A stretch of DNA of 64,000 nucleotides from a virus, in IMG/VR virus record IMGVR_UViG_3300028394_002659; one strand, 5' to 3'. Numbering within the stretch: the stretch's first letter is position 1; each line of letters opens with the position of its first letter. Below the pieces are notes generated by a model. It had not been told where the DNA came from, made no database searches, and saw only the letters and a program-made list of their open reading frames with translations. This document shows, in pieces, positions 59,844-64,000 of the stretch. A program made the translations under genes and the position numbers.

Positions 59844-61793
59844 ATGGCATATACAATTAATCTTACTGACGGAAATATCTTTGCTACTGTAGCAGATGGC
59901 ACCATCAACACCTCCAGTAGTGTGACTTTGGTAGGTAAAAATTATGCTGGATACGGTGAATTCTTGGATGAAAACTTTATCCAGATGTTGGAAAACTTTT
60001 CAAATCCCACTGCGCCAGTTGCACCACTTACTGGACAACTTTGGTGGGATAAAACCAACAGTTTACTCAAAGTTTATAACGGTACAACGTTTAAAACAAT
60101 TTCAGCCGCAACTGCCAGCGGCACAGCGCCGGCCTCAAATGTAACTGGCGATCTTTGGTATGATACTACCAACCAACAACTGAAAGTTTGGACTGGATCT
60201 GCATTTTTGGTAGTGGGTCCGGCCTATTCAAGTTCAACAGGCCTTGCAGGTGCAATTCCCGAAGCAATTCCTGACTCTGGTAACACAACACAGTATATAA
60301 CTTCAATATACTCAGGTAACATACGAGTGGCAATTTATAATGCCAACGCTACATTCACTGCGGCTGCGCCTGTAAGCACCTTGTTCCCCACAGTGTTCAA
60401 GGGCGTGACCATGAGCAACGACACAGGTACCAACATGAGTGGTAACTTGATTGGTGCTGGCAATGTAACTATCACTACTGCTAGTAGTAATACAGTGGCC
60501 ACATTCACAGGCACTGGAGCCAATATTACTGGCTACACCACAGTGAGTGGTAACGTAACTGGTGGTAACATTTTGACCGCTGGACAAGTATCTGCCACTG
60601 GTAACGTAACAGGTGCTAACTTTATTGGCAACGTGATCCCTCCAGCAGGCGGCGCAGTGAGCACAACTGGTAACATCACAGGTGGCAACATTCTAACCAG
60701 TGGGTTAGTAAGTGCTACATCAACAATTACATCAGCAGCCAACGTTACCGGTGGTAATGTCTTAACTGTTGGTGTGATGAGTTCAACTGGTAATGCCATA
60801 CACGGTAATATATTAACTGCTGGTATCGTCAGTGCCACTGCCAACATAACCGGCGGCAACATCTTAACTGGCGGCATTATAAGTGCAGGTGGCCAAGTCA
60901 CGGTAGCCAGCGTAGCAAGTAACAGTATTATTACCACTGGTAATATAGCCGGGGGTTACCTTTTTGGTAACGGTTCGCAACTTACTGGTCTAAGCGCCGC
61001 AGTCAGTGTAACACAAATTCAAAACGGCAACTCCAATGTAAGAGTTGCCGCATCGGATGGAAACGTAACGATTGGTGTAAACAGCACAGCCGTGGCAGTA
61101 TTTGACACAACCACAATATACATCAACTCTGCCAACGTGGTCAGTCTCGCACACAGCGGCACAAATGCTGTGGGTAACATTGGATCAAGTGCTCAATACT
61201 TTAATCAGGCATTTACCGACAGAGTCAATGCCACCACGCTCTCGGCCAGTGGCAACGTGACAGGCGGCAACTTGATAACTTCGGGCACCGCAGGTATTTT
61301 AAGCGTAAATACTATCACTCATACTGGTACTAATGCTGTAGGTAATATTGGAAGTTCCAGCAGTTATTTTAACCAAGTGTTTGCCACAGCAACCACAGCA
61401 CTGTATGCTGACGTTGCAGAACGTTTTGCCGCAGATGAAGTTCTAGAAGCAGGCACAGTAGTTGAACTGGGCGGATCAGCAGAAATCACTAGATCTCTTG
61501 AAGAATTAAGCGAAAATGTGTTTGGCGTGATAAGTACTAGAGCGGCATACCTGATGAACGGTGGAGCCGGCGAAAACGACACACATCCTCCAGTTGCAAT
61601 GACCGGACGTGTGCCAGTCAAAGTAATCGGTACAGTGCGCAAAGGTGACAGATTGGTTTCGGCAGGAGCGGGCATTGCTAGAGCGGCCCAGCCCGGAGAA
61701 GCCACTGCATTCAACGTAATTGGACGAAGCCTGGTCGACAAGACCACCCCAGAATCAGGTACAATTGAAGCAATTGTGACCATCAAGAACTAA
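59844..61793 (+). CDS. gp10-like wedge/short fibre with a C-terminal intramolecular chaperone (peptidase G2-like)
   Basis: LVGKNYAGYGE..DENF..MLENF and P..GQLWWD; GNITGGN repeats; YADVAERF...VFGVIST..AYLMN..VAMTGRVPVKV. Confidence 0.75.
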   Translation: MAYTINLTDGNIFATVADGTINTSSSVTLVGKNYAGYGEFLDENFIQMLENFSNPTAPVAPLTGQLWWDKTNSLLKVYNGTTFKTISAATASGTAPASNVTGDLWYDTTNQQLKVWTGSAFLVVGPAYSSSTGLAGAIPEAIPDSGNTTQYITSIYSGNIRVAIYNANATFTAAAPVSTLFPTVFKGVTMSNDTGTNMSGNLIGAGNVTITTASSNTVATFTGTGANITGYTTVSGNVTGGNILTAGQVSATGNVTGANFIGNVIPPAGGAVSTTGNITGGNILTSGLVSATSTITSAANVTGGNVLTVGVMSSTGNAIHGNILTAGIVSATANITGGNILTGGIISAGGQVTVASVASNSIITTGNIAGGYLFGNGSQLTGLSAAVSVTQIQNGNSNVRVAASDGNVTIGVNSTAVAVFDTTTIYINSANVVSLAHSGTNAVGNIGSSAQYFNQAFTDRVNATTLSASGNVTGGNLITSGTAGILSVNTITHTGTNAVGNIGSSSSYFNQVFATATTALYADVAERFAADEVLEAGTVVELGGSAEITRSLEELSENVFGVISTRAAYLMNGGAGENDTHPPVAMTGRVPVKVIGTVRKGDRLVSAGAGIARAAQPGEATAFNVIGRSLVDKTTPESGTIEAIVTIKN

Positions 61794-61806
61794 CAAGGAA
61801 AAGAAA

Positions 61807-62817
61807 ATGACATATTCAAGTGCAGGACTAATACAAGCGGCAGACTATAATGGTTTTGTTGGACCCACTGCCAGTGGCGGCACAGCCGGGGCCAACTTAA
61901 ATGACATCTGGGGAGTTGGCGCCACCGACAAAGGTTGGGGACAAACAGCAGTGGCAAATCCCTCAGCCGCCAGTACAGTCACAGCTACACAATGGGCCAG
62001 CCTGGTCAACAACTTGGCCACAGCAGGAACACAAACCTCAACCACACTCACCGCAAGATCAGCACCCACTTCAGGGCAAACAATTGGCATTTTGGCAGCA
62101 CTCAATGCCGACCTGACCAGTGTCACGACCAATCGTGGCAACGCCGCGGCCTCGGGAACTGAATACGGAACATTCTCGGGCACCACAAGCAAAACCACAG
62201 CCACTGGTGCAGCGCAGGCAGCCTGGACCATTACGTTTACACACACTGTGACATTTCCGACGGCTGACCAAGCACGTTATTTTTGGAATGCAGGCGGCAT
62301 TGTGCGTATCAAGTATGGCAAGAGTTCCACAGGAACCGACTCAGATCCAGATTGGAACACTTTTGCTGGACAGTGCGGCACAATCAACCTTACTGGTCGT
62401 GTGAATTCAGCGGCCCAGACCATTGCAGGTCAAAGTTACACAGGAACCACACGTCTCAGCGGCACAGGTGGAACACAAACCACTCTTGCCACCACAACAG
62501 GCTGGTACAATCTTACTGGCACTCCTGCAACCATATTCCAATTAAACAACGCAACCGCTCCGTATTCGGGAGAGTACATTCGTACCACAGCCACAGCCAC
62601 AAGTTCCACAGTGTTGACCTTGGTCACAACCTGGGTAAGTGATGGGTCATCGGGTGCAGGTACCACTGCTGATATTTCAGGCGGTACAGGAACTGCCAGT
62701 CCCTCAACCACAATTGTGGGCTCAGCACCAACTACCTTGGTCACTTACATTCCACCAAGCACAGCATCATTGACTAATACTTGGGGTACTCCGGCTATTG
62801 CCGCTTCAGTAGCCTAA
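61807..62817 (+). CDS. Thr-rich virion/tail structural protein
   Basis: I.A.DYN.F, G.GQT, VTATQWASL and ARYFWNAGG segments; AAGGA SD. Confidence 0.65.
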   Translation: MTYSSAGLIQAADYNGFVGPTASGGTAGANLNDIWGVGATDKGWGQTAVANPSAASTVTATQWASLVNNLATAGTQTSTTLTARSAPTSGQTIGILAALNADLTSVTTNRGNAAASGTEYGTFSGTTSKTTATGAAQAAWTITFTHTVTFPTADQARYFWNAGGIVRIKYGKSSTGTDSDPDWNTFAGQCGTINLTGRVNSAAQTIAGQSYTGTTRLSGTGGTQTTLATTTGWYNLTGTPATIFQLNNATAPYSGEYIRTTATATSSTVLTLVTTWVSDGSSGAGTTADISGGTGTASPSTTIVGSAPTTLVTYIPPSTASLTNTWGTPAIAASVA

Positions 62818-62835
62818 TCGGTTAAACTCCTGCTC

Positions 62836-62860
62836 AAGAGGTAGACTTCTACCTCTTTTT
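62836..62860 (+). terminator. Intrinsic terminator ending the baseplate operon
   Basis: AAGAGGTAG-ACTT-CTACCTCTT followed by TTT. Confidence 0.8.
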
Positions 62861-62876
62861 CTTGTATAATAAATCT

Positions 62877-63185
62877 ATGGAAACTGAAAAACTTGTGGCC
62901 CATGCACGGGCTAGATTCGATCACGCCACCGCTAGGCGCACCCTAAAAGAAAAATACGAGGCCCGAATGTTGTTTGCCCATGCAGGCGGAATGTGGCGTG
63001 CCGGACCTGAACTGCAATGTGTGTTGTTGGCCTGTGCCCAGGACAAGGATGTTGTGTTACTGGACCTATACGAAACTCCGGTAAAAGTAAATGTTCCCGA
63101 ATTGTTTGCTCTATCACATGCTCGCTGGCAAGAGCAAATGAATGCCTGGCGGGTAGAACATGAAAATCTCAACCGTAACCGATGA
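62877..63185 (+). CDS. Hypothetical protein
   Basis: Likely start METEKL at 62877, 6 nt after TATAAT; overlaps the next gene (ATGA). Confidence 0.65.
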   Translation: METEKLVAHARARFDHATARRTLKEKYEARMLFAHAGGMWRAGPELQCVLLACAQDKDVVLLDLYETPVKVNVPELFALSHARWQEQMNAWRVEHENLNRNR

Positions 63186-63988
63186 CCACAGGCGCACTGA
63201 TATTTGCTTTTGACAATGAATCGACCGACTACGTTGCTATGGCTGAGTGGAGTGCTAGAAACATTCGTAGGCACCTCAACATACCTACCGCCGTGGTCAC
63301 TGATACCCGGCCCGAGGATCCGCGACTTCGGGGCTTTGATCAAGTCATCAGCGCCGCACCTGAATCGGGAGGAACACGTTGGTTTGAGGATTATCAGGCA
63401 ACTGTTACGTGGCACAACGCAGGTAGAACTGATGCCTATACTCTTTCTCCTTGGGATCAAACCCTAGTACTGGACGCTGACTATGTGGTGGCCAGTGATC
63501 AGTTAAAGATCTTACTCGATAGCAATCAAGAGTTCTTGGCACATGATCATGCTTATGACATTACTGGAGTTGATAATTTTGTAGGATTAAATCACTACGG
63601 TGAATACAATATGCCCATGTCATGGGCCACAGTAATGATGTTTCGGAAGAGCACTCATGCTCAATTGATATTTGACTGCATGCGAATGATTCGAGCCAAC
63701 TGGCGGCACTATAAAGATCTGTATCGAATCGCCAGTTCTACCTATCGCAATGATCATGCACTAAGCATAGCACTCAATATTGTAAATGGACAAACATTGG
63801 AATATAAAAGTGTGCCTTGGGATCTAGCCAGTGTCACCCCTGAACATACTGTGACTAGAACCAGCAAAGATTGCTACAGAATAGATTATATAGACCAACA
63901 CAAGCGCCCACGTTGGACCACCGTACGCAATCAAGACTTTCATGCCATGGGTAAACAACATTTGGAGAAAATAATTGAAACCTGTTGA
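63182..63988 (+). CDS. GT-A fold (GT8-like) glycosyltransferase
   Basis: GALIFAF, YTLSPWDQTLVLDADY (DxD), WATVMMF and RND.ALSIA. Confidence 0.65.
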   Translation: MTTGALIFAFDNESTDYVAMAEWSARNIRRHLNIPTAVVTDTRPEDPRLRGFDQVISAAPESGGTRWFEDYQATVTWHNAGRTDAYTLSPWDQTLVLDADYVVASDQLKILLDSNQEFLAHDHAYDITGVDNFVGLNHYGEYNMPMSWATVMMFRKSTHAQLIFDCMRMIRANWRHYKDLYRIASSTYRNDHALSIALNIVNGQTLEYKSVPWDLASVTPEHTVTRTSKDCYRIDYIDQHKRPRWTTVRNQDFHAMGKQHLEKIIETC

Positions 63989-64000
63989 GGAAAAAGGCTA

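Noticed and set aside
1-64000. Alternative genetic code or stop-codon reassignment
   Set aside because: Core genes are full length in the standard code and end in TAA, TGA or TAG.
63975-64000. Start of a further gene (TTG AAA CCT GTT GAG GAA AAA GGC)
   Set aside because: Plausible, but only 8 codons are visible, too few to call.

Overview
Segment of a large T4-like (contractile-tail) dsDNA bacteriophage, standard genetic code, gene-dense. Left arm (mostly minus strand): a >1700-aa fibre protein running off the window edge, glycosyltransferase-like genes, a head module (portal gp20, two core-like proteins, protease gp21, scaffold gp22, major capsid gp23) flanked by two free-standing homing endonucleases, and a tape-measure-like protein with an M15-type peptidase motif. 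Middle: gp26/gp51-like hub chaperones joined by a probable -1 frameshift, a three-gene cassette with an aminoacyl-tRNA-protein transferase-like enzyme, a ~460-bp ORF-free region that folds as a large RNA directly behind a small GIY-YIG gene, four radical-SAM genes, and gp46/gp47/gp55. Right arm (plus strand): baseplate genes (gp48/54-like, gp53, hub, gp5, gp25, gp6, a 4729-aa wedge protein, gp10-like fibre) and another glycosyltransferase. The best candidate for an undescribed system is the GIY-YIG gene plus the putative ~390-nt structured ncRNA (21510-22326). All assignments come from reading motifs and synteny by eye; no database searches were run.
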